Source: Hemiscyllium ocellatum (taxonomy: Eukaryota). Taken from it: DNA of 64,000 bases. Within the stretch, counting starts at the first letter, position 1. The number at the start of each line of letters is the position of its first letter. The notes beneath the pieces were generated by a model. The model was not told the DNA's origin and ran no database searches. It worked only from the letters and a program-made list of their open reading frames with translations. Made by a program: the position numbers and the translations under genes. Positions 32,440-45,625 of this stretch are shown here, piece by piece. The stretch spans positions 16,044,789 through 16,108,788 of the forward strand of contig NC_083409.1 of the NCBI RefSeq assembly GCF_020745735.1. Reading direction: 5' to 3'.

Positions 32440-34200
32440 CAGTCAGGAGGGAGTTACCCTGGGAAGTCTCAAAATTGGCTCTGGACCCCATGAAGACTAA
32501 TGAAACTAAGTTAAACATGGGCGAGGAAACCTCCTGGTGATTACAAGATATCTTGCTCCCTCGGCTGATGAATCAGTCTCTCCTGGATGTTGAACAACAT
32601 TTGGAGGAAGCACTGAGGGTGATGACAGCAGAGAGTGTACTCTGGGTTTGGGGTTTCAATGTCCACCACTGAGAGTGGCTCGGCAGCAGCATTACTGATC
32701 GAGCTGGTTGGTACCTCATGGATGTAGCTGAGGGACTGGCTCTGCAGCTGGAACCAAAAAGATGGAAAAAGATGCTTGACCCCATCCTCACCAATCTTGT
32801 GGCTGTAGGTGCATCTATCCTTGACAGTATTGGTAAGGGTGACCAGCACACAGTCCTTGTGAAAACAAAGTCTGACCTTCACATTGAGAATCCCCTCCAT
32901 TGTGTTGTGTGGTACTATCACCGTACTAAATAGGACAGACTCCGAACAGATATTGCAACTCAAGGCAAACTTGTAAATGGGGATGATTGCCAAAGATTGC
33001 ACAATGCTCAGCACTCTTCTCATCTCCTCAGATACTGAAGCAGTCCATGTGCAAATGCACCAATATCTGGACAATATCCAGGTTTTGTCTGAGAAGTGAC
33101 ATTTCCCATTGGTGCCATGCAAATGCCAGCCAATCACCATCACCAATAAGAGACAATCTACACATCGCCCCTTGACAATCAATGCTATTACCATCACTGA
33201 ATCCCCACTATCAACATTCTTGAGGTGCCATTGACCAGAAACACAATTGGATTCACCAAAGAAACACAGTGGTTACAAGAGCAAGTTAGAGGCTAGGAAT
33301 ACTGCATCGAGTAACTCACCTCCTGATCCCCCCAAAGTCTGTCAACCAAGACAGGAGTGTGAGCAAATACTCCCCACTTGCCTGGACAGGTGCAGCTCCA
33401 ACAACATTCATAGATTGATATTGTCACAGAGTCATACAGCACAGAAACAAACCCTTAAGCCAAACTTCGACATGCTGACCAGGTTTTCTGAAGAGAATTC
33501 ATCTGATTTGCCTGCATTTCACACATATCCCTTGAAACCTTTCCTATCTATGTCGATTGTATCCTATGTCTTTCTTATCCACTCAAAAAGCTTGATACCA
33601 TCCAGAGCAAAGCAAACTCCTTGATTGGCATCGCATTCTCAAAGCATCCAAACTCACCATCACTGACGCTCCATAGCAGCAGTGTGTATTATCGATAAGA
33701 TGCACTGCAGAAATTCATCACTGATCTTCAGATAGCACCTTCCAAACACATGGGCAAAAATAGAAATTGTGGGAAAAGCTCAGCAGGTCAGGCAGCATCT
33801 TGGAGTGAAATCAAAAATATCATTACAGGTTTAGCATGAAATATTAACTCTGATTTCTCTTCACAAATGCTGCCAGACCTGCTGAGCTTTTCCAGCACTT
33901 TCTATTTTTGTCTCGGATTTACAGCATCTGCAGTTCTTTTAGTTTCCCTCCAAACCCACGTTCACTTCCATTTAGAACAAGAGCAGCAGATACATGGGAA
34001 CACTGTGAGCTGCAAGTTCCCCTCAAAAAAGCTTAGCATCCGGACTTGGAAATATGTCGCTGATCCCTCAGCTTTGCTGGGTTAAAATGCTGGCATTGTG
34101 GGTCAACTTACAGCTTGTGGACGATAACAATTCAGGATGGCAGCTTCCCATCACCTACTCCAGGGCAACTAGGCTCAGCCAGTGAAGCCCCTTCCCACAA
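32440..34200 (+). mobile_element. Decayed LINE (endonuclease fragment through 3' end), with a fold-back Penelope fragment inserted at ~33765-33945
   Basis: Same family as 4080-4290 and 57490-57910 (tcctcc..catgttgaaca.cactt). 3' region aagatgcactgcag...agcaccttccaaac...gggaacact..ctgcaagttcccctc. Inserted hairpin aaagctcagcaggtcaggcagcat...atgctgccagacctgctgagcttt. Confidence 0.7.
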
Positions 34201-34550
34201 GTGAATATGCAAAACCAAATGAAGTGTTCCTCAGGAGGGGAGAGGGAATGTTCAGGGTCCTGAGCTCCATTTCCCAGCCCAGGCAGTTTGTTTCGCAATG
34301 AATGAATGAGATGCCAATTTGAAGCCCAGGTTCAGGGCAGCCTCACTCTGTGGACATGAGGTCTATAGGAGGGAATTGGAGATTGAGCTATAAAGGAAAG
34401 ATTTTCTGGGTTACAGGGAGAGAGGGGGGAAGCAGTGGGACTAACTGAGTCATTCAAAGGCTTGATGGGCTGAATGGCCGCCTCCTGTGCTGTCAGATTC
34501 CAGAGAGTGCAGATGGTTGACAGTTTTCTCCCGTCTCAGTAACAAGCATC

Positions 34551-34674
34551 CAGCTGCTCCGAGCTCCTTCTTTCACTTCCTCTCTTGGTGAAGTTTCAAC
34601 GTTGCGATCTGACAATCTTTGCAGTTATTTGTTACACTGGGGCTTTCTGCTGTGGTCAGAATCTCTAATAATAA
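34551..34674 (-). promoter_or_regulatory. Candidate B-cell enhancer upstream of V1: EICE (34571-34582) + E-box (34551-34556) + RUNX (34651-34657) + MEF2-type (34665-34674)
   Basis: Minus strand GAGGAAGTGAAA-gaaggagctcggag-CAGCTG, plus TGTGGTC and CTAATAATAA. All are identical in the inverted copy at 57021-57144. Confidence 0.7.
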
Positions 34675-34739
34675 GTGCCCAATCAGTGACAATCACAGCA
34701 GCTCAGAGCAGTCAGGCTCACTGGGAAACACATAGGGAA

Positions 34740-35400
34740 GATCACAACCATCCTCTTCAGTTCCCGGTACAAACTCCATCCCTCTCTCTGAGCACTGTCT
34801 GCAGCTCAACCAGACTCTTTACAACTTTGGCCTCATCTTTGGGGCTGATTTGAGGCCCAAATCCTCCACATCACAATTATCAGCCACTGAAAATCTCAAC
34901 CATGTTTTTGTGACCATTCCAATGTTATCCAGGCCCACATCACAGCTACTGATTTCTGTAAACATCACCTCATCCCAAACTCTGCTGTCTGTGTTCAAAC
35001 TCATACCAAGTCCACCCCACACCCCTGCCCACGCCTCCCCACCCCACCATAACCACCACAATCCTCACTGACTGACATCAGCTCTTGGTCCAGCAACACC
35101 TCGATTTTTAAATTCTCATCCCTGTTCTCAATCTGCTCCCTGTTGTTCCACCCTCCCTATCTCTGTGACCTCCTCCAAGCTGCCTCACTCAGTGTGATCA
35201 ATAATCTTGGACATATGGCTCTCTGTTTCTTCATCCAAGTCATTGAGAAATATCGTGAAAAGCTGAGGTCCCAGCATAGATCCCTGGGAATACCACTACT
35301 CACATCTGGCACATTGGAACACACGCACATTATCCTTCCTCTCTGTCTCCTGGACAGACCCATTCCTGACCCAAGGTAAATGCATTTCTCAAATTCCATC
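34740..35400 (+). mobile_element. Old L2-like and CR1 remnants predating the duplication (inverted counterpart ~56310-56950)
   Basis: ccatccctctctctgagcactgtctgc..ctcaaccagact matches agtctggttgagcagcagacagtgctcagggagagggatgg. cttcatccaagtcattgagaaatatcgtgaaa matches tttcacgatatttctcaatgacttggatgaag. Confidence 0.7.
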
Positions 35401-35979
35401 CAATTCCATGATTTGGAGATGCCGGTGTCGATCTGTCGTGTAAATATTAAAAATCACAGAACACCAGGTTCTAATGGAACAGGTTTGTTTGGAAGCATCA
35501 GCGTTTGGAGCGCTGCTCCTTCATCAGATGGTTGTGGAGTGTAAGATCTGAATCAATGTTTCTTTTGTGGAACATTTTTAAATATCTTTTGGAATTCCCT
35601 ATAGACAATAGCCATCGACATTCCCTTATATCCCACATTAGTGAGCTCCTAACAAAGTGTAACCCGGTTAGTTCAAGATGTCTGAACCTTTGTCAATCCA
35701 TGCTGATTCTCTCGGACCAGTTCATATTTGTCCGTTATTCTGTCTCTAAAAACAGACTCAATCACTTCCTGACAACAGACATTCAATGGAGATGCTCATT
35801 GTGATTGAGGCTCGTAAACAGCTAGCACTGACACGAGGGGCTGAACAGCCTCCTCCTGTGCTGGCACCTTCTCTGTCTCCTGGACAGAAGTATTTTACAG
35901 ATTAAAAACTAAAGACCAGCAGCAAATTTTAAAACATAAATTAAAAAATCCTCAAATAATTTCCACATACAGGGCCAGG

Positions 35980-38710
35980 CGATGTGTAGTAATTGTACGA
36001 TGGGGAAGCTGGTGGAGCCCATTGTAGCTCAGAGTGACCACATCAAGTGATGGCCAGAGATGTCCATTTCCTATGAATGAACGAAGGAAACCACTGCACC
36101 ATGGTCCAGGAGGCCACTCAGATTGGGGGAGCACAAAGAAAAGAGGGGTCTTGATAATGAAGGGAACTGATAGCATCCTTTGTGAGCAGGATTGAGAGCC
36201 CCACATGGTGTGTTGCCTGCCTGGTTTTTAAGGTAAAGGCACCTCGAGCCATCTTTTAATTATAACAGACTTGGGGGGGTGGGGGGGGGTTGCGGTGGGG
36301 GTTGAGGATCCAGTTGTTGTTGTCTGTGTCGGGACCAACAACATCAGCAAAAATCGGCAAAAGGTCCTATTTGGACAATATCAGGAAAGCTATCAGAAGG
36401 ATATTGATTAAACAGATGGAGAGAAATAAGAAAGAGGTGAGTACAGCATCAGTGCTGAGGAACAGATTCCAGTGAATGGACCAAATAAGAGTCCTACATA
36501 TGAATGCACGGAGCGTAAGGAATAAATACAATAATCTGCAGGCACAAATTCAAATTTAAGATTGTGGTATCGGATCAATTACTGAGCCATAGTTGCAGAA
36601 TCATTCAGATTGGGAACGATATCTATCGGGTTAGAAGGTTCACAGGGTGGATATGGGGAAATGGCAGAAGAGGTGGAGCAGCTTCATTGATGAGGGAAAA
36701 AATGGCTTCAATGGTGAGGGAGGTCATAATGAGGAGAAAACATTCAGTGGGACTGAGGAGCAGGAAAGGATCGAAAACTGTAATAGATGTTGGATACAGA
36801 CCCCCCTGACAGCAGCTCTGAGGTGCTGGATTATATATATATAGACATTAGACAAGTGTGTAGCAAAGCCAGTGTATTATTAATGGGGAAGTTTAACTTT
36901 AACTTAGATTGGGAGACAGACAAGCCCTCTGTCAGAAAGGTAGTGAATTGCTGCTGTGTGTCCAGAATAGTTTCCAACAGCAATAGGTCCTGGATACAAC
37001 AAGGGGACAAGCAATGTTGGAATTAGTCATGAATAATGAGATAGATTTAGTTCGTAACTATTTGTGCATGAACATTTATCAAATAGTGATCATAACATGA
37101 TCTAGTTCAGTGTCGCATTTGAAAGTAAAAAGCATGAATCAGCTGCTAGAGTTTGAGATTAAGGTAAGGCCCACTTTAACGAGATGAGACAGAGACTGTC
37201 CACAGTAAACTGGGAAAATCTGCTTTTGGGTAAAACAATTGAAGAACAGTGGGGAATATTTAAAGGAACATTCAACACAAAACAAAGCCAGTTTATACCT
37301 GAGAGGGAAAAGCGAACAAACAACAATGGTCAATTAAAGAGATAAGGGAAAGAATAAAATGTTAAAAAAAAGGCTTACAGAAAAGCAAAAAATAAGGTCA
37401 GATTCCGCTGAATGGGATGGATACAAAAGGGCCACATGTCAACTTCGAAGAGCTACCAAAAGTGATTCTGAAAGGAAACATGTAAGGGATAACAAAATCA
37501 ATCAGGAGAAATGTTACAGTTCCATAAAAGGGAAGCTGGGAGGTCAGGAGCAATATTGGCCGTTAAAGACTGAAAGTGACAATGGGGACATGACAGTCAT
37601 GTTAAATAAATACTTTGCCTCAAGATTTGCAGTAGAAAAGGAAGAGGACTTGCCTGAAGTCCAAAGGAATTAACAGAGGATCTGTGTCAGGGACTGATTA
37701 GATTCCCTGCAGTGTGCAAACATGCCTTTTGGCCCAACCAGTCCACACCGACCCTCCGAAGAGTAACCCACCCAGATCCATTTTCCCTCTGACTAATGCA
37801 CCTAACACTATGGAAATTTAGTATGGCCAATTCACCTGAGCTGCACATCTTTGGATAGTAGGAGGAAACCCATGCAGACAATGTGCAAACTCCACACAGG
37901 CAGTTGCCCAAGGCTGGAATTGAACCTGGGACTCTGTGCTGTGAGGCAGCAGTGCTAACCACTGTGTCACCTAAATAAAGTTAATGTCAATATAACATGT
38001 GTAATCAGGAAAATAATGGAACTAAAGAGTGACAAATCCTCAGGACCTGAGGGTGATACAGTAGTAATAGACCACATTGCAGACACCCTGACTATAATCT
38101 TTCAGCGTTACCTGGATTCAGGAGTCGTACCTCTGAATTGGAAAATTGCAAATTTCATTTCACATTTAACAAGGATGTTAGAGAAAAGCCAGGGAATTAC
38201 AGGTCACTAAGCCAACGTTTGTGGTGTGGAAATTGTTGTAGTCTATAATCAAGGATGGGGGTAACTGCAGACCTTGAAAATGGTCAGTTAATCAGGGAGA
38301 ATCAGCATGGATTCATGACAAGTTGGTCATGGTGAAAAATCTCATTGAACATTTTTGAAGAGGAAACAAAATTACTGGGCACAGTAATGTCAATGGATGT
38401 TGTTTATAGGGACTTCCAGAAGGCATTTGATAAAATCCCATGTAAGAAACTGTTCAACTCAGTTAGAAATCCACAGAATTGAGGCTAAAATACTGCCATA
38501 CCGAAATTGGTTGAGTGACAGGTGACAGAAAATAGGGATCATGTATAAGCGCTGAAATTGGCAGGATGTGACCAGTGGTGTCCAATAGGAATGTGTGCGC
38601 ATTCCTCAATTATTTATATTATTTATTAATGCACTGGATAATGACATAGAAAGTCAGATACTCTAGTTTGCTAACGACACAAAGTTAGGCAGCTTTGTAG
38701 GTAGTGTTCA
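35980..38710 (+). mobile_element. Decayed CR1 LINE (ORF1 esterase remnant, EN, RT) with an HE1 SINE inserted
   Basis: atggtgtgttgcctgcctgg / gtcgggaccaacaacat (ORF1), gggaagtttaactt (DFN-type motif), LKSDKSSGPEG, gacttccagaaggcatttgataaaatccc. Confidence 0.8.
37690..37972 (-). mobile_element. HE1-family SINE
   Basis: Minus strand begins gtgacacagtggttagcactgctgcctcacagc...gggttcaattcc (tRNA-like A/B boxes) and ends with an aatctaatc tail. Confidence 0.9.
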
Positions 38711-38907
38711 TAGAGTCAGAGAGTCAACATTCATCCAGTGCAATCTTTAACAGAGTATAATTTATCTGTGACATACAACTCCTTGACTCCATCTCCCTCT
38801 CTCTCACTCTCTCTCCACACCCCTCTCTAACTCAGCTGCATAGATCTCACTCTGAGTTCCATCCCTCTTTCTCTGTCCAAGGTCTAGCCCCCTCTCTTTT
38901 AGTGCTC

Positions 38908-38956
38908 TATCTCTCTCTCTATATCTATCTATCTATCTCTCTCTCTCTCTCTCTCC
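38908..38956 (+). repeat. Compound (CT)/(CTAT) microsatellite
   Basis: ctatctctctctctatatctatctatctatctctctctctctctctctcc. Confidence 0.9.
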
Positions 38957-40399
38957 CTGTGCTCCATCTCTTGCTCTCTAAGCCGTATCCCTCCCTCCAT
39001 TGCAGCTGCTGGGAGTTCGATCTGAGCCAATGCCAGTGAATCCCATGGAGAATAATGACGGGATGTTTGGAGTGTGAGTTTGATGATGTAAATGTGAACC
39101 ATTGCAGCAAAGACATTACAGATGGTTTGTACAGACAGCAAAGCCCAAACCAGAGCATTGTGTCAATTAACATAGAACTAATGAAAGCTTCAATAAAATA
39201 ATTATTAATGTGATTCTCAGAGATATCATTATTCTAGTTACAAATGGCTATTTCTCAGTGAAGGTCCATCCTGCTGAATGTTAGATACAGCTGGGCTTTG
39301 AAGAAATATTGGGCAGATGGAGTGTAATGTGAGGGAGTGTGACCTTGTTCACTTTCACAATAATCATTCAAATGTGACTGGAGAGTTGTTAAGTCCACAG
39401 AGCAAAACTTGCCATTGGGTATAATCCATTAGGTGTGATAAATACAGAAACTCACTTAGTTCTAGTTATCAGTGAGTTCTTGTCAACATCCTTTGAACAA
39501 ATCAATTTTATACAAGAATGATTTTCTACAAACCCTCTCTATGCAACCTTCTCAGGTGGGAATAGGGAATGAATCTGGTTTTGTGACGCGACTCACATTC
39601 CTCAAGTCTATACAGAATTAAATTGAACAGTTTGGTTCAGGAGCCAATACTACAGGAGAAATCCACTTACTCTGATGTGGTTCAATCAGTTGATTCTCCA
39701 ACATGGAAGCCCTCTGTTCCATTGCCAGTTTTGGTTGGTTTTTGCTTTATTTTGTCTGAATTACCAAATTCATATTATATTTGAATCACGTGGTAGATCT
39801 AAGTGTATCAATACAAGTCCACAAGATAAAGGAGCAGAATTGGGCCATTTGGCCCATCATGTCTGGTCATTTACAGTTGATAATGTTCCTCAGCCCTCTT
39901 CCCTTTTCCCTGTAAATCTTGATCCCTTGACCAATCATGAGCCAATCTGTCTCTTTCTTCAATACACTCAATGAATTGGCCTCCAAGGCCCTCTGCAGTT
40001 CCACAGATTAATGACACTCTGGCTGAAGAAATTGCTTCTCAGCTCAGTTCGAAAGATCGTCTCTTCACTCTGAGGCTGTGCCCTCGGGTCTCCAACTCTC
40101 CTATTATTAGAAACATCCCCTCCATGTCCACTCTATCCAGGCCACCCTGTATTCTCTAAGTTTCAATGACATTCCCTCTCATCTTTCTAAACTCCATCAA
40201 GCACAGAACCAAAGTCCTCAACGAAACCTCATACAAACATCTTTGTATTGTCTGAGCAGCCTCACTAAATCTACCTGTTGATCTTTCTCCAGATACAAAA
40301 ATACAGTGTCTGAAGTCTCAAATATCTCTGAATTTGTTCATCTAATAACAGGAAGTTTCCTTTGGGAAGTGTCCAGGTCTTTTTTGATCTCAAGCTTTT

Positions 40400-42335
40400 T
40401 CTGATCCCCTCCTCTATTATACTCACTACTTGACAAACTTGTACATGACGGGATGGTTCCTCAAAAACTGGGAGAGGAATTAAGGATGCTGGTTTTGCAT
40501 TGAGGTTTACCTATAACTTGACAAGTAAGACACGTTTTGTAAAACTGCACCACATCTTTATCCAATTGTGGCTCAGTAAAATATTTGTTTCTGGATGCCG
40601 GTGTTTTCCAAATCACCATGTGACCTGCCATGGGAGTCGCATGTGCTCCTTGTACTATCTCCCTATGATAGCTGGGTGGGACCACTAGCCAATGTCTAAC
40701 TGACCATTCTTCTGGGGGTCTATGAGGGGGTCTCCACTTCCTCATCAGCGCTCCATTCTGAACACAATAACACTCTGAAACTCCTTCAGCCTCGACCTCA
40801 GTATGAGTTGACTGTGCTCATTTATCTCAGTCAGGATCTGCTTTTTGGATCTGTTGTAATTAGGGACATCATACCAACCACTCCACCTGGATTATCTTCA
40901 CCCTTTCGGAAAGTTTCAGCGATCCTTTCACTTGCTGTGATGTCACACCAACCCTTATTGATGGATTTTGTTTAACCATTGCCCTGGTTACCTCACACGA
41001 AGGAGAGAGACCAGGAACCTGTTCCTGTCATTGTTCTGTTTCTTGGCCTTCCTTTGGACATTCTGTAATTATCGGGGAAGCTACTGCCTTTAGTCCTGAC
41101 AAATCATGCCCCAGAAGGAAATCGACTCCCTCATCAGGGAATGTTTTCCCATTCCGACAATTACTTCTCCTGATAACAAATCACATTCCAGTTGTACTGT
41201 ATACAATGGAAGTGGAATATATTCTCCACCAATTCCATTGATGAATACCTTAGCTCTGGAGGGTAATTAGTTCTTTCTCCAGTAAAAGTGACTGTGTTGC
41301 TCCTGTATCTCTCAGTTTGGTTCTGGGTTTAGCTGAAGTAAAAGGAGTCACCATTCCTTTTGATAAAAGTCCTATCCACCTCTCATCTACCTGACAACCT
41401 CCTTAACTAATGACAAAATTCAGCTCCGGCCTTTTTGTTATAGTGACAGCTACAACCTGCTCTGTGGGATTATCTGTCTGTGTTCCCTTCTCTGACTCAT
41501 TTTACTAACTCCCATTAATCCCATGGGTTTACCTCAACTTCCAACATTCCAAACATACATGGCCCACCTTATTCCAAGAGAAACATTTCAGCTTCTGATC
41601 ATCACTTCCACCCTCAGCAATTTCCTTCTTAATCTGAGGAGGAGTTCTCGGGCTGTTCCCTCCTGTCCATTCTCTCCCCTGGCTATCTACCTTCCTTAGA
41701 CTCTCCCAATTTTTATTTTTCTCCCATTTCTGGGCCTGATGGGAATAAGGTTTCTGGATCGGTCTCCCATCAGGTGACTTCTCCACCTCCTGATGCTGCT
41801 TGACTTGTTGTGCTCTTCCAGCCTCCTGTTTGTCTACTTTGGATTCCAGCATCTGCAAGGTTTTGGTTTTAACAAAGTCTATGATCATTAGCCATTCTAG
41901 CTGCTTGTCTTACTGTCGTTCCCCTTTGGTCTTTTACGTGAATTCTGATTTTAGAAGGGAATGAAGTTGTAAATTCTTCTCAAAGGATAACTTCTCTGAG
42001 AGCATTGTAAGTATTCTCAGCTGTTAATGCTCTTATCCACCTGTCAACATTATTTTGTTGAACTCTCTTAAACTCAGTAGAGGTTTGTCCAGGCTGTTTG
42101 TGTAAGTTCTGAAACATCTGTCTGTATGTTTCTGGAGCCAACTCATATATGCTTAGAATAGCCATTTTCACCACCTCGTGATCCCGAGAACATTCCTCTG
42201 ACAGGGATGTAGAAACCTCTTGTGCTTCCCAAGTTCATTTTTGCATGGGCAAGGTCCAACCTGTTTTTCCCACCTCACTTGTGTTGCTATCTTCTGAAAC
42301 AACATGAAAAATGCTTCCACATCCTTCTCTTCATT
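40400..42335 (-). mobile_element. Ty3/Gypsy LTR retrotransposon internal fragment, Gmr1-like order (SCAN-like gag, CCHC, protease, integrase Zn-binding domain)
   Basis: YELAPETYRQMFQNL..QPGQT..EF..DRWIRAL (41980..42174), decayed knuckle CFSWNKVGHVCLECW (~41540-41590), protease LRDTGATQS (~41316-41290), HHCC domain AHATPMAGH...LDKDVVQFYKTCLTCQVIGKP (40461..40745). Confidence 0.8.
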
Positions 42336-44830
42336 GTCATAGAGTCATACAACAAACAAACAGGCCCTTCTGTTTGTCGACATGTCGATGCCAATCAGTA
42401 ATCACCAAACTCCATTTACCTGCACTTGGTCCATAGCCTTCCATGCCCTGGCATTTTATGTGTTCATCGGGATGTTTCTTAAATGTTGTGAGAGGACCTG
42501 CCTCCACCACCTTCTCAAACAGCACATTCCATATTTCTACCACCCTCTGGGGAAAACAAGTCCTCAAAACCCCTCTAAACCACTTTTTCACATGGTAAGC
42601 TTATTCCCTCTGGTCATAGACATGTCTGACATGGGGAAAAGATTCTCACAATTGACTTTGTCTATGCCTTTCATATTTTTGTATATCTCAATCAGATTCC
42701 CCCCAGAGAAAACATATACAGTCTATCCAGTCTCTCCTCAGAACTAACACTTTCCATCCCCGGGAACATCTCCTCTGCATCCTCTCCAGTTCAATCACGT
42801 TCTTCCAACAGTGTCACGACCAGGACTGTGCACAATATTCCAGACATGACCTAACCAGTGCTCTGTCAGGTAACAACAAGACTTTCTACTTCCTATATTC
42901 TACACCCTGGCTAATAATGCCAAGCATCCCATATGCCTTCTTCACCACCCTGTCTAGCTGTGCTGATACCTTCCAGGATTGATGGACTTGTACACCAAGC
43001 TCCCTTTGTTCTTCAGTACTCCCAAGGAACATAAGAACATAAGAACTAGGAGCAGGAGTAGGCCATCTGGCCCTTCAACCCTGCTCTGCCATTCAATAAG
43101 ATCATAGCTGATCTTTTCATGGACTCAGCTCCACATAAGACCATAAGACAAAGGAGTGGAAGTAAGGCCATTTGGTCCCTCGAGTCCACTCCGCCATTCA
43201 ATCATGGGTGATGGGCATTGAAGGACAGTTCCCCACACTCTCCCTGTAGCCCTTAATTCATTGCAAGATTAAGAATTTATCAATCTCTGCCTTGAAGACA
43301 TTTAATATTTCAGCTGCCACTGCGCTCTGTGGCAATGAATTCCAAAGGCCCATCACTCTCTAGCTGAAGAAATGTCTCCTCAACTGACCCCCTCTAACTA
43401 TAGTTTTAAACTGACCCCCTCTAACTCTAAGGCTTTGCCCACGGGTCCTAGTACCCCCACCTAATGGAAACAATTTCCCAGCATCTACCCTTTCTACCCT
43501 TTCTAAGCCATGCATTATCTTGTAAGTTTCTATTAGATCTCCCCTTCTAAAGTCGAATGAATCCAATCCCAGGATCCTCAGCCGTTCATCATATATTAGG
43601 CTTACCATTCCAGGGATCATCCATGTGAATCTCCACTGGACATGGTCCAGTGTCAATATGTCCTTCCTGAGGTGTGGGGCCCAAAACTGGACTGAATGGG
43701 GTCTAACCAGAGCTTTATAAAGTCTCAGTAGCACAACTCATTTTACATTCCAACCCTCTTGAGATAAATTAGCAGAAAGTTAGGGCTGCAGATGCTGGAG
43801 ATCAGAGCTGAAAAATGTGTTGCTGGAAAAGCGCAGCAGGTCAGGCAGCATCCAAGGAACAGGAGAATTGATGTTTCGGGCATAAGCCCTTCTTCATTCT
43901 TGCTGCGCATTTTCAACAACACATTTTTCAGCTCTTGAGATAAATGACAACATTACATTTGCTTTCTTAACCACGGATTCAACCTGCAAGTTAACCTTTA
44001 GAGAATCCAGGACTAGCATTCCCAGATCACTTTGTACTTTGGCTTTATGAATTTTCTCACCGTTTAGAAAATTGTCCATGCCTGTATTTTTTTTCTAAAG
44101 TGCAAGACCTGGCATTTGCTCTCACTGTATCTCTTAATTCCTTGATTGTTAAAAAAAATCTGTCTTAGCTTTAAAGCATTAACTGAAATAGCATCAATTT
44201 CTTCACTGAGCAAGTAATTTCATAGATTTATGACCCACTGGGTGAAGACGTTCCTTCTCAATTCAGTCCTAAATCTGCTCCCCCTAATTTTGAGGCTAAA
44301 CCCTCTTGTTTTAGTTTTATCTGCCAATGAGAACACCCTGTCTACTTCTGTCTTATCTATTCTCTTTATAATTTTATTTATTTCTATAAAGTTCCCCTCA
44401 TTCTTCTAAGTTCCAATGAGTATATCCCAGTCTACGCAGTCTCCCTTCATAAGCCAACCCCCTCCACCGCGGAATCAGCCTAGTGAACTTTCTCTGCACC
44501 CCTCCAGTGCCAGTATTGCCTTTTTCAAGTAAGGAGACCATTACTGCACGCAGTACTCCAGGTGTGGCCTCACCAGCTGCAACATAACCTTCCCTCTTTT
44601 TAAACTCAATCCCTTTAGCAATGAAGGACAAAATTCCATTTGCCTTCCTAATTGCTTGTTGTACCTGCAGACCAACCCTCTGTGATTCATGCATAAGAAT
44701 ACTCAAGGCACATGCCTTTCATTGTGTATATCCTTCCCTTATTAGACCTCCCAAGTTGGATCACCTCAGAGGTATCAGGATTAAATTCCATCCACCATTG
44801 CTCTGCCCAATTTACCAGCTGACCAATATC
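42335..44830 (-). mobile_element. Stack of CR1 3' fragments
   Basis: ORFs 42337..42591, 43360..43734 (LLRLYKALVRPHSVQFWAPHLRKD) and 44398..44706, all on the minus strand with CR1 C-terminal motifs. Confidence 0.85.
43770..43931 (-). mobile_element. 162-bp Penelope terminal-repeat insertion with partial inverted end and perfect 14-bp TSD
   Basis: TSD CTCTTGAGATAAAT at 43756-43769 and 43932-43945. Minus strand carries (a)TGAAGA-A-GGGC-TTAT-GCCC-GAAA-C-ATC. Confidence 0.9.
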
Positions 44831-44847
44831 AGACTGTAGCCTGAGAC

Positions 44848-45625
44848 CCAGTCATCCAAGATGGCAGCAGAGTAGGATGCTTCAGCCCGAGTTCATCTGC
44901 TCTGTCTGTTTCCTTTTCTTCTTTCTATTCCACTTCTCTTTTCCATTTCTTTTGTGTTTTTCTTTTGTTCTTCTCCCTTATTTCTTCTCCCGGGCATGGA
45001 CTCTCAGTCTCAGGAGTCTGACCCAGGCCAGGCCAGGCCTCTGACCCAGTACAGACCTAATGGTGTGGCCTCTTGGCTTGGTGTGGCAGTGTCCTGGCCT
45101 GGCAGGGAGACCTTCCAGCCCGACGAGGCAGACTCTTGGTCCAACATGATGGCCTCTCAGTTCGATGTGGTGGCCTCTCAGCCCAGCATGCTAGACTGTC
45201 AGCCCAGCGTGATGGTCACTCGGCCTAGTGTGGCGATCTCTGAGTGGCCCAGAGTGGGTGTCTCTCAGCCCACATAGTGGTCCTTTCTGTATATGGTGGT
45301 CTCTCCAACAGGGAAGGCCTCAGCGTGGACTTCCGGTCTCGAGATGATGACTTAAAGTATGATCCCATGATAGCTACATTCTTAAGAAATGCTGTAATGC
45401 TTGAACTTTCAGCTTTATTTCTTCATTTCTACTTAAAACTAAAAATATCTGCAGGATGTAATTTTGAATTTTATTCTTTCTTTCTACCTTGTTCTTACGA
45501 TTCTGTACTGTGGTCCTTGTACCTAAGATGGCACCTTGTGAGGTGACGTTACATACTTTTCACTGTACTCCAATACTTTTGTACTCGAGTACACGTGACA
45601 ATAAACTAAAATAAAAATCAAATCA
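44848..45625 (+). mobile_element. Probable non-autonomous retroelement (aagatggc 5' end; cttttcactgtac...gtacacgtgacaataaa-(atcaa)n 3' tail)
   Basis: Interrupts a minus-strand CR1 and has a LINE-like polyA signal with a simple-repeat tail. Family not identified. Confidence 0.5.

Noticed and set aside
32440-32900. Similarity between 32.4-32.9 kb and 57.5-57.9 kb as part of the duplication
   Set aside because: Both copies are in the same orientation and a third lies at ~4.1-4.3 kb, so they are independent insertions of one LINE family.
37682-37969. ctgtgtca on both sides of the HE1 SINE as a TSD
   Set aside because: The right-hand copy is part of the SINE's own 5' end (gtgacacagtgg on the minus strand).
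39086-39093. ATGTAAAT, the same octamer variant as in the V promoters, in the spacer
   Set aside because: About 2 chance hits are expected for an 8-mer, and no TATA, leader or V exon follows.
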